The translations under genes and the position numbers were made by a program. The notes under the pieces were generated by a model that saw nothing but the letters and a program-made list of their open reading frames with translations, was not told the origin of the DNA and did no database searches. A DNA stretch of 64,000 bases from an uncultured Actinomycetes bacterium (lineage in GTDB: Bacteria > Actinomycetota > UBA4738 > HRBIN12), in NCBI GenBank assembly GCA_963790335.1, contig CAWBOB010000003.1, positions 223,191 to 287,190 on the forward strand, in the 5' to 3' direction. Positions 13,709 through 23,432 of the stretch are shown here, one piece after another (the first letter of the stretch is position 1; every line of letters begins with the position of its first letter).

Positions 13709-14992
13709 GTGCTGAAAGCTTTCCTCAACGCGTTCCGGCTTCCGGACCTCCGTAACAAGATCCTCTTCACGCTGTTCATCATCGCCGTGTACCGGTTCGG
13801 GTCCTACGTGCCGGTGCCGGTGGTCGACTTCGCACGCATCCGCGACGCACTCGAAGCGGGCGAGGGCGGCTTCCTGCAGCTGATCAACCTGTTCTCGGGC
13901 GGCGCGCTCGGACAGATGGCCGTGTTCGGGCTGGGGATCATGCCGTACATCACGAGCTCGATCATCATGCAGCTGCTCACCGTCGTGATCCCGAAGCTGC
14001 AGACCTTGCAGGACCAGGGCGAGGTCGGGGTCAAGAAGATCAACCAGTACACGCGCTACGTCACCGTGGTGCTCGCGATCCTGCAATCGACGGGCATCGT
14101 GTTCCTGTTCCATTCCGGGCAGACGGGCCTGCCCGACCCGTTCCCCGCCGGCACGTTCACGCCGCCCAACATCGCGTTGATCGTGCTCACCCTCACCGCG
14201 GGCACCGCGATGATCATGTGGCTCGGCGAGCTCATCACCCAGCGCGGTGTCGGCAACGGCATGTCCATCTTGATCTTCACGAGCGTCATCGCGTCGCTGC
14301 CCGGCCAAGGCGATGCCATCCTGCGGCAGGGCGGCAACTTCAAGTTCGCCGTGATCATGCTGATCGGACTCGGCATCGTCGTGGCCGTGGTGTTCATGGA
14401 CCAGGGGCAGCGGCGCATCCCGATCCAGTACGCCAAGCGCATCGTGGGGCGGAAGATGACGACCGGCGGCAGCACCTATCTGCCGCTCAAGGTCAACCAG
14501 GCGGGCGTGATCCCGATCATCTTCGCGACCTCGGTGATGTACATGCCCGTGCTGCTCGGGAGCATCGTCCCGTGGGCGGGGTTCCAGGGGTTCGTCGAGC
14601 GCTACCTGAACGCCAACAACCCGACCTACGTCTACATGGTCGTGCTCGCGGCGATGATCGTGTTCTTCGCGTACTTCTACACGGCGATCAGCTTCGATCC
14701 GGTGAAGCAGGCCGACAACCTGCGCAAGCAGGGCGGCTTCATCCCCGGCATCAGGCCGGGTGCACCCACCGCCACCTACCTCAACGACATCCTCGTACGC
14801 ATCACGCTGCCGGGCGCGCTCTTCCTGGCCGCGATCGCACTGGTCCCGACCATCGTGCTCCGCATCTGGGACTTCCAACAGTTCCCGTTCGGCGGTACAT
14901 CGGTGCTCATCGCGGTCGGGGTCGCACTCGAGACGATGAAACAGATCGAGTCGCAGCTGCTGATGCGGCACTACGAGGGTTTCCTGAAGTAG
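13709..14992 (+). CDS. secY: Preprotein translocase subunit SecY
   Basis: 427 aa, 10-TM pattern, LRNKILFTLFIIAVYRFGSYVPVPVVD...GIMPYITSSIIMQLL; standard position after rplO. Confidence 0.96.
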   Translation: MLKAFLNAFRLPDLRNKILFTLFIIAVYRFGSYVPVPVVDFARIRDALEAGEGGFLQLINLFSGGALGQMAVFGLGIMPYITSSIIMQLLTVVIPKLQTLQDQGEVGVKKINQYTRYVTVVLAILQSTGIVFLFHSGQTGLPDPFPAGTFTPPNIALIVLTLTAGTAMIMWLGELITQRGVGNGMSILIFTSVIASLPGQGDAILRQGGNFKFAVIMLIGLGIVVAVVFMDQGQRRIPIQYAKRIVGRKMTTGGSTYLPLKVNQAGVIPIIFATSVMYMPVLLGSIVPWAGFQGFVERYLNANNPTYVYMVVLAAMIVFFAYFYTAISFDPVKQADNLRKQGGFIPGIRPGAPTATYLNDILVRITLPGALFLAAIALVPTIVLRIWDFQQFPFGGTSVLIAVGVALETMKQIESQLLMRHYEGFLK

Positions 14993-14998
14993 GCGCCG

Positions 14999-15649
14999 AT
15001 GCGGCTGGTGCTGCTCGGACCCCCGGGGGCTGGCAAGGGAACGCAGGCCCAGCAGTTGATCGAACGCTTCGACATCCCGCAGATCTCGACCGGCGACATC
15101 CTGCGTGAGCACGTGCAGCGGGGTTCGGGGCTCGGCATCATGGCGCGCGCCTACATGGACCGAGGTGAGTACGTGCCCGACGAACTGGTGGTGCGCATGG
15201 TCATGGACCGGCTCGCGATGCCCGACGCCGAGCCCGGATTCATCCTCGACGGCTTCCCGCGCACGGTGCCGCAGGCCGATGCCCTGGAAGCTGCCCTCGA
15301 GCAGGTCGAGCGGCCCCTCACGGCCGTGCTGAAGTTCGCGATCAGCGACGACATGGCCGTGCGACGCCTGCTGAACCGGTGGACCTGCCCGGCGTGCAAG
15401 CGAACCTACAACCTGGAGTTCAAGCCTCCTCTCAACGATCGTGTCTGCGACGCCGACGGCACGGCGCTCGAACGGCGATCCGACGACGACGAGCTCACCG
15501 TGCGCCGGCGGCTGGCGCTGTACCGCGAGCAGACCGCACCGCTCGAGGCCTTCTATCGCGAACGGAAGCTCCTGCTCGAGATCGACGCCGAGGCCCGCGA
15601 GGGGCAGGTCGCCGACCGCACGGTCGCCGCGCTGGAGACGGTGACGTGA
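14999..15649 (+). CDS. adk: Adenylate kinase
   Basis: MRLVLLGPPGAGKGTQA P-loop; LID with CPAC...CDAD zinc-type motif. Confidence 0.96.
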   Translation: MRLVLLGPPGAGKGTQAQQLIERFDIPQISTGDILREHVQRGSGLGIMARAYMDRGEYVPDELVVRMVMDRLAMPDAEPGFILDGFPRTVPQADALEAALEQVERPLTAVLKFAISDDMAVRRLLNRWTCPACKRTYNLEFKPPLNDRVCDADGTALERRSDDDELTVRRRLALYREQTAPLEAFYRERKLLLEIDAEAREGQVADRTVAALETVT

Positions 15650-16410
15650 TCATCCGGAAATCGCCCCAGGAGCTCGAGCGCATGCGCCGCGCGGGACGCA
15701 TCGTGGCGAGCACGATCTCGACGATGCTCGAGGCCGTGCGCCCGGGTGCGACCACGGCCGACCTCGATCGCGTGGCGGAGTCATGGATCCGCGACCAGCA
15801 GGCGGTGCCGTCGTTCAAGGGCTACCGGGGCACGTACCCGGCAACGATCTGTGCCTCGATCGACGACGAGATCGTGCACGGCATCCCGTCGGCCGAGCGC
15901 ACGCTTCGGGAGGGTCAGCTCCTCTCACTCGACGTCGGCGCCATCTGGGAAGGGTTCCACGCCGACTCGGCGGTGAGCGTGTTCGTCGGCGGCGTCTCCC
16001 CGAGTGACGAGGCCGCGAGGCTCATGAAGACCACCGAGGAAGCCATGTACGCCGGCATCGCCGCGGTGCAGCCCGGGGGCCGTCTCTCCGACATCGGTCA
16101 TGCGATCGAATCCGTCGCGGAACCCGCCGGCCTCGGCATCGTGCGGGAGTACGGGGGGCACGGCATCGGTCGTGCGATGCACGAGGACCCGTTCATCCAG
16201 AACTGGGGTCCCCCGGGTCGCGGACCCGGCCTGCGACCCGGTCTGGTGGTCGCGATCGAGCCGATGCTGATGCTCGGCGACGAGCGCACGCGCCTGATGG
16301 ACGACGGATGGACCGTGGTGACCGCCGACGGCTCGTTGGCCGCCCACTTCGAGCACACGGTGGCCATCACCGAGCACGGTCCGGAGGTGCTCACATCCCG
16401 CGATCGGTGA
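15646..16410 (+). CDS. map: Type I methionine aminopeptidase
   Basis: VIIRKSPQELERMRRAGRIV...HGIGR.MHE...EHTV; GTG 15646 overlaps adk TGA; listed ORF start 15379 lies inside adk. Confidence 0.94.
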   Translation: MIIRKSPQELERMRRAGRIVASTISTMLEAVRPGATTADLDRVAESWIRDQQAVPSFKGYRGTYPATICASIDDEIVHGIPSAERTLREGQLLSLDVGAIWEGFHADSAVSVFVGGVSPSDEAARLMKTTEEAMYAGIAAVQPGGRLSDIGHAIESVAEPAGLGIVREYGGHGIGRAMHEDPFIQNWGPPGRGPGLRPGLVVAIEPMLMLGDERTRLMDDGWTVVTADGSLAAHFEHTVAITEHGPEVLTSRDR

Positions 16411-16527
16411 GTCCGTGGACGTTCTCGCTGGTCGCCGCCTATACTGACCCCTCGCCCCTCCCGGAGGGTGTCGTTGCACGCCCCGGGTGCCCGGGCGAGC
16501 ACCCGTTCGAGAGGGAACCGCTGGAGC

Positions 16528-16746
16528 GTGCCGAAGAAGGATGCGATCGAGGTCGAGGGAACGGTGATCGAGCCGTTGCCCAACGCCATGTTCCGCGTGG
16601 AGCTCGAGAACGGACACAAGGTATTGGCACACATCTCGGGGAAGATGCGCATGCACTACATCCGCATCCTCCCCGGAGACAGGGTGCTCGTGGAGCTGTC
16701 ACCGTACGACCTCACGCGAGGCCGCGTGGTGTACCGCTACAAGTAG
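16528..16746 (+). CDS. infA: Translation initiation factor IF-1
   Basis: [53 protein letters not shown]; GTG 16528 gives the usual 72 aa. Confidence 0.94.
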   Translation: MPKKDAIEVEGTVIEPLPNAMFRVELENGHKVLAHISGKMRMHYIRILPGDRVLVELSPYDLTRGRVVYRYK

Positions 16747-16770
16747 GGCCGGGGATCGGGTGATCGGCAG

Positions 16771-16884
16771 ATGAAGGTGCGACCGAGCGTCAAGAGGATC
16801 TGCGACCGATGCAGGGTGATCCGGCGTCGGGGCACCATCCTGGTGATCTGCACGAACCCACGGCACAAGCAGCGTCAAGGCTAG
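16771..16884 (+). CDS. rpmJ: 50S ribosomal protein L36
   Basis: Not in the ORF track (37 aa). Own translation gives [37 protein letters not shown], between infA and rpsM as expected. Confidence 0.93.
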   Translation: MKVRPSVKRICDRCRVIRRRGTILVICTNPRHKQRQG

Positions 16885-16910
16885 CCCGAACACGAGGGAG
16901 CACGAATCGT

Positions 16911-17291
16911 ATGGCTCGGATCGCAGGCGTCGACCTTCCGCGAGACAAGCGTCTCGACATCGCGTTGACCTACATCTATGGCGTGGGTGATCCCGGAGCG
17001 AGGGCGATCGTGAAGGGAAGCGGGGTCGACGGGGCGACCAAGGTCCGTGATCTCTCAGAGGACGAGGTGCTCAAGATCCGGGCCTACATCGACGCCAACC
17101 ACAAGGTCGAGGGCGACCTCCGTCGTGAGGTCGCGCAGGACATCAAGCGCAAGGTCGAGATCGGCTGCTACCAGGGCATCCGCCATCGCAGGGCCCTGCC
17201 GGTACGAGGACAGCGCACGCACACGAACGCCCGAACCCGCAAGGGTCCGAAGAAGGCGATCGCCGGCAAGAAGAAGGCGACGAAGAAGTAG
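16911..17291 (+). CDS. rpsM: 30S ribosomal protein S13
   Basis: [26 protein letters not shown]; ATG 16911 after GAGGGAG. Confidence 0.95.
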   Translation: MARIAGVDLPRDKRLDIALTYIYGVGDPGARAIVKGSGVDGATKVRDLSEDEVLKIRAYIDANHKVEGDLRREVAQDIKRKVEIGCYQGIRHRRALPVRGQRTHTNARTRKGPKKAIAGKKKATKK

Positions 17292-17321
17292 CGCCGACGA
17301 ACGAGCAGGGAGCCGGAACGC

Positions 17322-17714
17322 ATGGCGAAGCCCAAGGTGAAGAAGACGAAGCGCCGCGAGAAGAAGCACGTGGTGCACGGCCAGGCCCACATCACATCGA
17401 CCTTCAACAACACGATCGTGACGATCACCGATCTGCAGGGCAACACGGTCTCGTGGGCGAGCGCCGGCAACGTCGGCTTCAAGGGCTCGCGGAAGTCGAC
17501 GCCGTTCGCGGCCCAGCTGGCGGCCGAGAAGGCCGCGCGCTCCGCCCAGGAGCACGGTCTGCAGAAGGTCGACGTCTTCGTCAAAGGCCCGGGTTCGGGC
17601 CGGGAGACCGCGATCCGTTCGCTCGCGGCGGCCGGGCTCGAGGTCACGGGCATCCAGGACGTCACGCCGGTGCCGCACAACGGCTGCCGGCCGCGGAAGC
17701 GTCGGCGCGTCTGA
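17322..17714 (+). CDS. rpsK: 30S ribosomal protein S11
   Basis: 130 aa, [44 protein letters not shown]. Confidence 0.96.
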   Translation: MAKPKVKKTKRREKKHVVHGQAHITSTFNNTIVTITDLQGNTVSWASAGNVGFKGSRKSTPFAAQLAAEKAARSAQEHGLQKVDVFVKGPGSGRETAIRSLAAAGLEVTGIQDVTPVPHNGCRPRKRRRV

Positions 17715-17802
17715 CGCAGGTCATCACCCACGGCGAACTCGCCGTGGCACAACGACGCGGGGTAGGAATGGTTGATCCCCCGCCGAAGGAGGGAACCACC
17801 GC

Positions 17803-18732
17803 ATGTTCATCGTCGCGAGGCCTCAGATCTCCGAGGACGTCGTCTCGCCGGTCCGGTCGCGGTTCGCGATCGAGCCGCTCGAGCCGGGATTCGGCTACAC
17901 GGTCGGCAACTCGCTCCGCCGCACGCTGCTCTCGTCGATCCCCGGCGCCGCCATCTCATCGGTGCGCATCGACGGAGTGCTCCACGAGTTCTCGACGATC
18001 CCGAAGGTCACCGAGGACGTCACCGATATCATCCTGAACCTCAAGGAGCTGGTAGCCCGTTCGGAGCTCGAGGAGCCGACGACGGTCTACCTCAAGGCCA
18101 AAGGGCCGGGCGAGGTGACGGCCGGTGACATCGCGCCCCCGGCCGGTGTGGAGATCCTGAACCCCGAGCTGCACATCGCGACCCTCGGCAAGGGTGCCAG
18201 CATCGAGATGGAGATGACCGTGGAGCGCGGCGTCGGATATCGCATGGCCGACAAGAACAAGAAGCCCCGCGATCCCATCGGCGTGATCCCGGTCGACTCG
18301 ATCTTCTCTCCCGTGCGCAAGGTGAGCTACGCGGTGGAGAACACCCGCGTCGAGCAGATGACCGACCGCGACCGCCTCATCCTCGATGTCGAGACCAACG
18401 GTTCCATCACGCCTCGCGAGGCGGTGGCATCGGCGGGCGGCACGCTGCTCGAGCTCGTCACGCTCTTCAGCGAGCTGGCCGAGGCGGCGAGCGTGACGGT
18501 CGGGCCTGCCGAGGACGACGAGGTGCCCGGTGACTTCGGCATCACGATCGAGGAGCTGAACCTCTCCGTGCGCTCCTACAACTGCCTGAAGCGAGAGGGC
18601 ATCAACGCCGTCGGCGATCTCGTGCAGAAGAGCGAGTCCGAGCTCATGGACATCCGCAACTTCGGCCAGAAGTCGATCGACGAGGTGAAGGCCAAGCTCG
18701 AGGAGCTCGGCCTCGGACTCCGGGAGGAGTGA
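17803..18732 (+). CDS. rpoA: DNA-directed RNA polymerase subunit alpha
   Basis: 309 aa, [31 protein letters not shown]...; C-terminal domain [23 protein letters not shown]; GAAGGAGGG SD. Confidence 0.96.
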   Translation: MFIVARPQISEDVVSPVRSRFAIEPLEPGFGYTVGNSLRRTLLSSIPGAAISSVRIDGVLHEFSTIPKVTEDVTDIILNLKELVARSELEEPTTVYLKAKGPGEVTAGDIAPPAGVEILNPELHIATLGKGASIEMEMTVERGVGYRMADKNKKPRDPIGVIPVDSIFSPVRKVSYAVENTRVEQMTDRDRLILDVETNGSITPREAVASAGGTLLELVTLFSELAEAASVTVGPAEDDEVPGDFGITIEELNLSVRSYNCLKREGINAVGDLVQKSESELMDIRNFGQKSIDEVKAKLEELGLGLREE

Positions 18733-18735
18733 GCG

Positions 18736-19098
18736 GTGCCGGCTCCCAAGAAGGGACCTCGACTCGGCTCGAATCCGGGGCATCAGCGGCTGCTGCTCTC
18801 GACCCTGGCGGCGCAGCTGTTCACCCACGAGGCGATCGACACCACCGAGGCCAAGGCGAAGGCGCTCCGGCCCTACGCCGAGAAGCTCATCACCAAGGCG
18901 AAGCGGGGTGACCTCGCGGCTCGTCGTGACGTGCTCAAGGTCATCACCGATCGAGACGTGGTGGCGCGGCTCTTCCACGAGATCGGCCCTCGTTTCGAAG
19001 GGCGCGACGGTGGCTACACGCGCATCCTGAAGCTCGGCCCCCGCAAGGGCGATGCGGCGCCGATGGCGCGCATCGAGCTCGTGGAACGGGAAGCGTAG
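18736..19098 (+). CDS. rplQ: 50S ribosomal protein L17
   Basis: 120 aa, [50 protein letters not shown]. Confidence 0.95.
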   Translation: MPAPKKGPRLGSNPGHQRLLLSTLAAQLFTHEAIDTTEAKAKALRPYAEKLITKAKRGDLAARRDVLKVITDRDVVARLFHEIGPRFEGRDGGYTRILKLGPRKGDAAPMARIELVEREA

Positions 19099-19127
19099 AG
19101 CGCCCGACGGAACCCAGCGACGCCTGA

Positions 19128-19156
19128 GTGAGGCCGGGGCATGGCCCCGGCCTCAC
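19128..19156. terminator. GC-rich hairpin between convergent rplQ and the 19153-19617 gene (putative bidirectional terminator)
   Basis: GTGAGGCCGGGGC-ATG-GCCCCGGCCTCAC, perfect 13-bp stem with 3-nt loop. The right arm overlaps the stop codon of the minus-strand gene. No clear U-tract. Confidence 0.6.
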
Positions 19157-19617
19157 TCGTTCCCGAGGCCTGCACGAACCCTGATGACGTCGCTGGGATA
19201 CCAGCCCATCGCCTCGCTGCCCATGAGCACCCGGTAGCGACCCGGTTCCAGACCAACCGGCAACGTCACGCTGTGCTTCACGGCGAACGTCGCGGGGGAG
19301 GCATCGACCCCGGAGGCCAGCTCGATGCGGGGGCCCTCCGTCACGGACACGACCACGATCCGCAGGTTCCGCGCGGGTGGCGAGGGTCCGCCCCCGGTGC
19401 ATGTCTGCTTCCCGAGGCATCCAACGCTGCACGAGATCACATCGTTGCACTCGGTGGCCCAGAAGTGGCCTCGCACGGTGAGCGAAACCCCTGGCGCAGC
19501 CACCCGGGCGACTCGAACATCGGGTGCAGCGCACGAAGCCTGGCTCGACACCGAGAACGTGCCGAGCACCGCCGCGCTGCTCGCGATGGCAAGGAGGATC
19601 CGCAGGCCGAGTCGCAT
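19153..19617 (-). CDS. Hypothetical secreted protein (signal peptide, several Cys)
   Basis: 154 aa. MRLGLRILLAIASSAAVLGTFSVSSQASC looks like a signal peptide. No family recognised. It fills the gap between rplQ and truA on the opposite strand. Confidence 0.55.
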   Translation of the reverse strand: MRLGLRILLAIASSAAVLGTFSVSSQASCAAPDVRVARVAAPGVSLTVRGHFWATECNDVISCSVGCLGKQTCTGGGPSPPARNLRIVVVSVTEGPRIELASGVDASPATFAVKHSVTLPVGLEPGRYRVLMGSEAMGWYPSDVIRVRAGLGNE

Positions 19618-19651
19618 GCGTGAGCGAGTCTACGCCGGGCATACTCCTGCC

Positions 19652-20419
19652 ATGCCCTCCGAACGGACGATCCGGATGCTCATCGCCTACGACGGGTCGG
19701 GTTTCCGTGGGTGGGCCGCTCAGCGTGACGGGCACCTCCGCACGGTGGAAGGAGTCGTGACCGAGGTGCTCGCCGCCGTGCTGGGTTCGCCGGTGAAGCT
19801 CTCGGTTGCCGGGCGCACCGACGCCGGGGTGCACGCCCGTGGGCAGGTGGCATCGTTCGTGACGTCCGCGACCCGAGCGATGCCGGCCATCAGAGCTGCG
19901 CTGAACGGCCGGCTCGCGCCCGAGGTGGTGGTGCGGTCGATCGCACGCGCGCCGTCCGGTTTCGACGCGCGTTCGTCGGCGTCGGCGCGCGAGTACCGGT
20001 ACCGGGTCGACGTCGGCGACGTCCCCGACCCGTTCACCGCCTCGTGGGTCTGGCACCTCCCGTGCGAGCCGGACCTTCGAGCCATGCGGGCTGCCGCGCA
20101 GCACCTGATCGGAGAGCGCGACTTCACCTCGTTCTGCCGCCATCCCGGACCCGGCAGACCCACCGTGCGGGATCTGCAGCGCGTGAGCGTGGTGCGCCGC
20201 GGTGAGCGCCTGGAGCTCGGGTTCCGCGCGAACGCGTTCCTGCATCAGATGGTGCGATCACTCACGGGCACGCTCGTCGCGGTCGGCCGAGGCAGGCTCG
20301 AGGCGGATGACATCCCGGTGATCCTGGCCGCCCGGGACCGTGCGGCCGCGCGTGACATCGCGCCGCCTCACGGCCTCACCCTCGAACGAGTGGTGTACGG
20401 CCGGCGCACGCGAGGCTGA
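19652..20419 (+). CDS. truA: tRNA pseudouridine(38-40) synthase TruA
   Basis: IRMLIAYDGSGFRGWAAQ...VAGRTDAGVHARGQV; ATG 19652 chosen (ATG 19616 alternative). The listed ORF start 19325 overlaps the antisense gene. Confidence 0.9.
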   Translation: MPSERTIRMLIAYDGSGFRGWAAQRDGHLRTVEGVVTEVLAAVLGSPVKLSVAGRTDAGVHARGQVASFVTSATRAMPAIRAALNGRLAPEVVVRSIARAPSGFDARSSASAREYRYRVDVGDVPDPFTASWVWHLPCEPDLRAMRAAAQHLIGERDFTSFCRHPGPGRPTVRDLQRVSVVRRGERLELGFRANAFLHQMVRSLTGTLVAVGRGRLEADDIPVILAARDRAAARDIAPPHGLTLERVVYGRRTRG

Positions 20420-20444
20420 CCGGGCACGGAGCGCGGCTCGCTCT

Positions 20445-20474
20445 TTGACGACCCGAGGAGAGCGCAGGTAGTCT
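20445..20474 (+). promoter_or_regulatory. Candidate sigma-70-type promoter for rplM-rpsI
   Basis: TTGACG-N18-TAGTCT, 42 nt upstream of the rplM ATG. Confidence 0.35.
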
Positions 20475-20515
20475 GACCCGTCGCCCGGGATCCTCCTGGC
20501 CGATCTCCACGCCCA

Positions 20516-21034
20516 ATGAAGACCTACTCTCCGAAGCCTGAGCACATCGAGCGCAGCTGGTACGTCATCGACGCCGGCGGAAAGGTGCTGGGCAGGGTCG
20601 CCTCCGAGGCCGCGGCGCTGTTGCGCGGCAAGCACAAGCCGATCTTCGCCCCCCACATGGACACCGGCGATCACGTGATCATCGTGAACGCCGACCAGGT
20701 GGAGCTCACGGGAGGCAAGGAGCTCAAGAAGTTCGCCTACCGGCATTCGGGCTATCCGGGCGGCATCACCGCCACCCGCTACGACGAGCTGATGCGCACA
20801 CGGCCGGTGTTCGCGGTCGAGAAGGCGGTCAGGGGCATGCTTCCCAAGACCCGGCTGGGGCGGTCGATGATCCGCAAGCTCCACGTGGTGCCGGGACCCG
20901 ACCATCCGCACGAGGCGCAGAAGCCGGTCGTGTACACGCTCGGTCAGCCCCCGATGTGGCAGGGTCTGCCGGGTTCGACGCAGGCGCCGGCCGGATCATC
21001 GAACGCGCCGACCGCCGACGAGACCGAGGAGTGA
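20516..21034 (+). CDS. rplM: 50S ribosomal protein L13
   Basis: 172 aa, [57 protein letters not shown]; about 25-aa C-terminal extension. Confidence 0.95.
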   Translation: MKTYSPKPEHIERSWYVIDAGGKVLGRVASEAAALLRGKHKPIFAPHMDTGDHVIIVNADQVELTGGKELKKFAYRHSGYPGGITATRYDELMRTRPVFAVEKAVRGMLPKTRLGRSMIRKLHVVPGPDHPHEAQKPVVYTLGQPPMWQGLPGSTQAPAGSSNAPTADETEE

Positions 21035-21038
21035 ACCG

Positions 21039-21434
21039 TTGGCCGTGACCACCGCGACGATCTCGACCGGCCGCCGCAAGGAAGCCGTCGCAAGGGTCCG
21101 GCTCGTGCCGGGCTCGGGAGCGTTCGACATCAACGGGCGCCCTCTCGACGAGTACTTCCCCACGCGCGTGCACCGCATGGTCGCCCAGTCGCCGCTGCGC
21201 TCGGCCGGTCGCGACCGAGACCTCGATGTGATCGCCACCATCAAAGGGGGCGGGATCAGCGGCCAGGCCGGTGCGATCCGGCTCGGCATCGCACGGGCGT
21301 TGATCGATCTCGACCCGGAGCTCCGAGCCCAACTCAAGGCCGAGGGGTTCCTCACCCGTGACGCGCGGGAGAAGGAACGTCGCAAGTACGGCCTGAAGAA
21401 GGCCCGCAAGGCCCCGCAGTACTCGAAGCGCTGA
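21039..21434 (+). CDS. rpsI: 30S ribosomal protein S9
   Basis: 131 aa, [16 protein letters not shown]...[19 protein letters not shown]...[27 protein letters not shown]; TTG start (GTG 21045 alternative). Confidence 0.94.
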   Translation: MAVTTATISTGRRKEAVARVRLVPGSGAFDINGRPLDEYFPTRVHRMVAQSPLRSAGRDRDLDVIATIKGGGISGQAGAIRLGIARALIDLDPELRAQLKAEGFLTRDAREKERRKYGLKKARKAPQYSKR

Positions 21435-21489
21435 CCTCCGGGCGTGCCGGGCCTGCGGCCCGCGCCACGTCCACGAAGGAGGCACGCTG

Positions 21490-22671
21490 ATGGTTCGAGA
21501 GGTCGCTCCCGGGGTCCGGAGCTGGGCCAGCGAGCTCGACGAGGCGACCCTCGAGCAGGCAGCGCGCACGGCTCGTCTGCCGATCCTCGCTGGGCCGATC
21601 GCGCTTATGCCCGACGCACATCTGGGCATGGGCGCCACGATCGGCTCGGTGATCGCTACGGAGTCTGCGGTGATCCCGTCGGCCGTCGGTGTCGACATCG
21701 GTTGCGGCATGGCGGCCCGACGACTGGACCTCCGCGTGGAGGATCTTCCCGACGCAGGGCTCGACGGGTGGGTGGACCGGATGCGCGCGGCGGTGCCCGC
21801 CGGACTGGGTCGCTGGCACGGCGAGGCATCGCCGGAGGCGATGGCGTGGCTCGCCGACCATCACCCTCCAAGCGGGCTCGATTCGGCTCGGGTGGCTGCG
21901 CAGCTCGGCACCCTCGGGTCGGGGAACCACTTCATCGAGCTGGCGCACGACGAGGAGGGGTCGATCTGGATCCTGCTGCATTCCGGTTCGCGGGGTGGCG
22001 GCAACCGGCTCGCGACCCGGCACGTCAAGGTGGCCAAGCGGCTCCATCGGGGCCTGGGCACGCAGCTCGAGGACCCCGAGCTCGCCTGGCTGCAGCGTGG
22101 CACCCCCGAGTTCGAGGCGTACATCAGAGACCTGGGCTGGGCGCAGTCCTACGCGCGGGCGAACCGGCGCCTGCTGCTGGCGGGCACCCATCGTCAGCTC
22201 GAGGCCGAGCTCGGGCGAGCACTGCGCGCCACCGACGAGGTCAACTGCCACCACAACTACACCGAGCTGGAGGAGTTCGCCGGACGCATGCTGTGGATCA
22301 CCCGCAAGGGCGCGATCCATGCGGGCGTCGGCGCTCGCGGGCTGATCCCGGGGAGCATGGGCCAGCGCTCCTACGTCGTGAGGGGCTTGGGCAACGACGA
22401 CGCCTATCGATCCTCGTCGCACGGGGCGGGGCGGCGCATGAGCCGGACCCAAGCACGCAAGACGCTGTCGGTCGAGACCCTCGAGCACCAGATGGCCGGG
22501 CGATCCTGGCAGGCAGGCGACGCCCTGGCACTGCTCGACGAGCACCCCGACGCCTACAAGTCGCTCGAGCAGGTCATGCGTGATCAGGCAGATCTCGTGG
22601 AGGTGGAGCACGAGCTCAGCGCGCTCGCGAACTACAAGGGGATCGAGCGGGTGCGAGGCTCGCGGGGCTGA
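21490..22671 (+). CDS. rtcB: RNA-splicing ligase RtcB
   Basis: 393 aa, LMPDAHLGMGATIGSV...VGVDIGCGM...GSGNHFIEL...LHSGSRGGGN...CHHNY. Confidence 0.9.
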   Translation: MVREVAPGVRSWASELDEATLEQAARTARLPILAGPIALMPDAHLGMGATIGSVIATESAVIPSAVGVDIGCGMAARRLDLRVEDLPDAGLDGWVDRMRAAVPAGLGRWHGEASPEAMAWLADHHPPSGLDSARVAAQLGTLGSGNHFIELAHDEEGSIWILLHSGSRGGGNRLATRHVKVAKRLHRGLGTQLEDPELAWLQRGTPEFEAYIRDLGWAQSYARANRRLLLAGTHRQLEAELGRALRATDEVNCHHNYTELEEFAGRMLWITRKGAIHAGVGARGLIPGSMGQRSYVVRGLGNDDAYRSSSHGAGRRMSRTQARKTLSVETLEHQMAGRSWQAGDALALLDEHPDAYKSLEQVMRDQADLVEVEHELSALANYKGIERVRGSRG

Positions 22672-22931
22672 GCCTCGCCGACGGCATCGACATCGGCATC
22701 GGGCGCGAGCGTGTAGCGGCCCGACTGGACCTCGGCGACGATCGTCCGAGCGGCCTGTTCGTGCTCGGCCCGCACCCACACGTACACCGGCCCGGCCCGG
22801 TAGGGCCCGTCACCCTCGCCGTTGATCATGGCGTCGATGCCCTCGGCCTCGAGGCGACCGCGCATCATCTCCCCGGCGACGGCGTCGGTGCTCGCGTAGA
22901 CCCGGACGAGATGATCGCGCATGCGAGCCAT
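22632..22931 (-). CDS. Small DUF2007-like protein (putative signal-transducing domain)
   Basis: Only the last 99 codons of the listed 330-aa ORF look coding: MARMRDHLVRVYASTDAVAGEMMRGRLEAEGIDAMINGE...VYVWVRAEHEQAARTIV. The 3' end overlaps the rtcB 3' end by 40 nt. Confidence 0.45.
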   Translation of the reverse strand: MARMRDHLVRVYASTDAVAGEMMRGRLEAEGIDAMINGEGDGPYRAGPVYVWVRAEHEQAARTIVAEVQSGRYTLAPDADVDAVGEAQPREPRTRSIPL

Positions 22932-23030
22932 CTTCCCACGTCCGGCGGATCTCGATGAGGCACGCCAGGGGACGTATGCATTGACATCCATCGATGGCCT
23001 CTGCCATCCTTCCCCTCGGAAACATAGAAG

Positions 23031-23046
23031 ATCATCGATCGATGAT
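23031..23046. promoter_or_regulatory. Perfect 16-bp palindrome, candidate ArsR operator
   Basis: ATCATCGATCGATGAT, 15 nt upstream of the arsR GTG. A second palindrome CCATCGATGG with the same ATCGAT core sits at about 22989-22998, just after a TTGACA hexamer at 22981-22986. Confidence 0.5.
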
Positions 23047-23060
23047 GACGAGGAGCGGCG

Positions 23061-23432
23061 GTGACGACCACAGCATCGGCGATCGGGTCCCCGGCTCAGC
23101 GTTGCGTGCCGATCGACCGTGACGGCATGACGCTCCGGGAAGCGGTGACGACCGCGTCGGTCTTCAAGGCGCTCGGCGACCCGCATCGGGTGCGCATCGT
23201 GAACATGCTCGCGACGGCCAGGGAGGCCGTCTGCGTCTGCGACCTCACCGGTTTCCTCGGGCTCTCGCAGCCCACGGTGAGCCATCACATGCGCAAGCTG
23301 GTCGACGCGGGGCTGCTCGCCAGGGAGCAGCGGGGCGTGTGGGCGTACTACTCGCTCCGCGACGATGCCTTGCGACGGCTCGGATCGGTGCTCGGTTCCG
23401 ACACGGTCCGAACGGAAGGGGAACGGCGATGA
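23061..23432 (+). CDS. arsR: ArsR/SmtB-family metalloregulator
   Basis: 123 aa, FKALGDPHRVRIVNML...AVCVCDLTGFLGLSQPTVSHHMRKL; CVC As(III) site in the HTH. Confidence 0.9.
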   Translation: MTTTASAIGSPAQRCVPIDRDGMTLREAVTTASVFKALGDPHRVRIVNMLATAREAVCVCDLTGFLGLSQPTVSHHMRKLVDAGLLAREQRGVWAYYSLRDDALRRLGSVLGSDTVRTEGERR

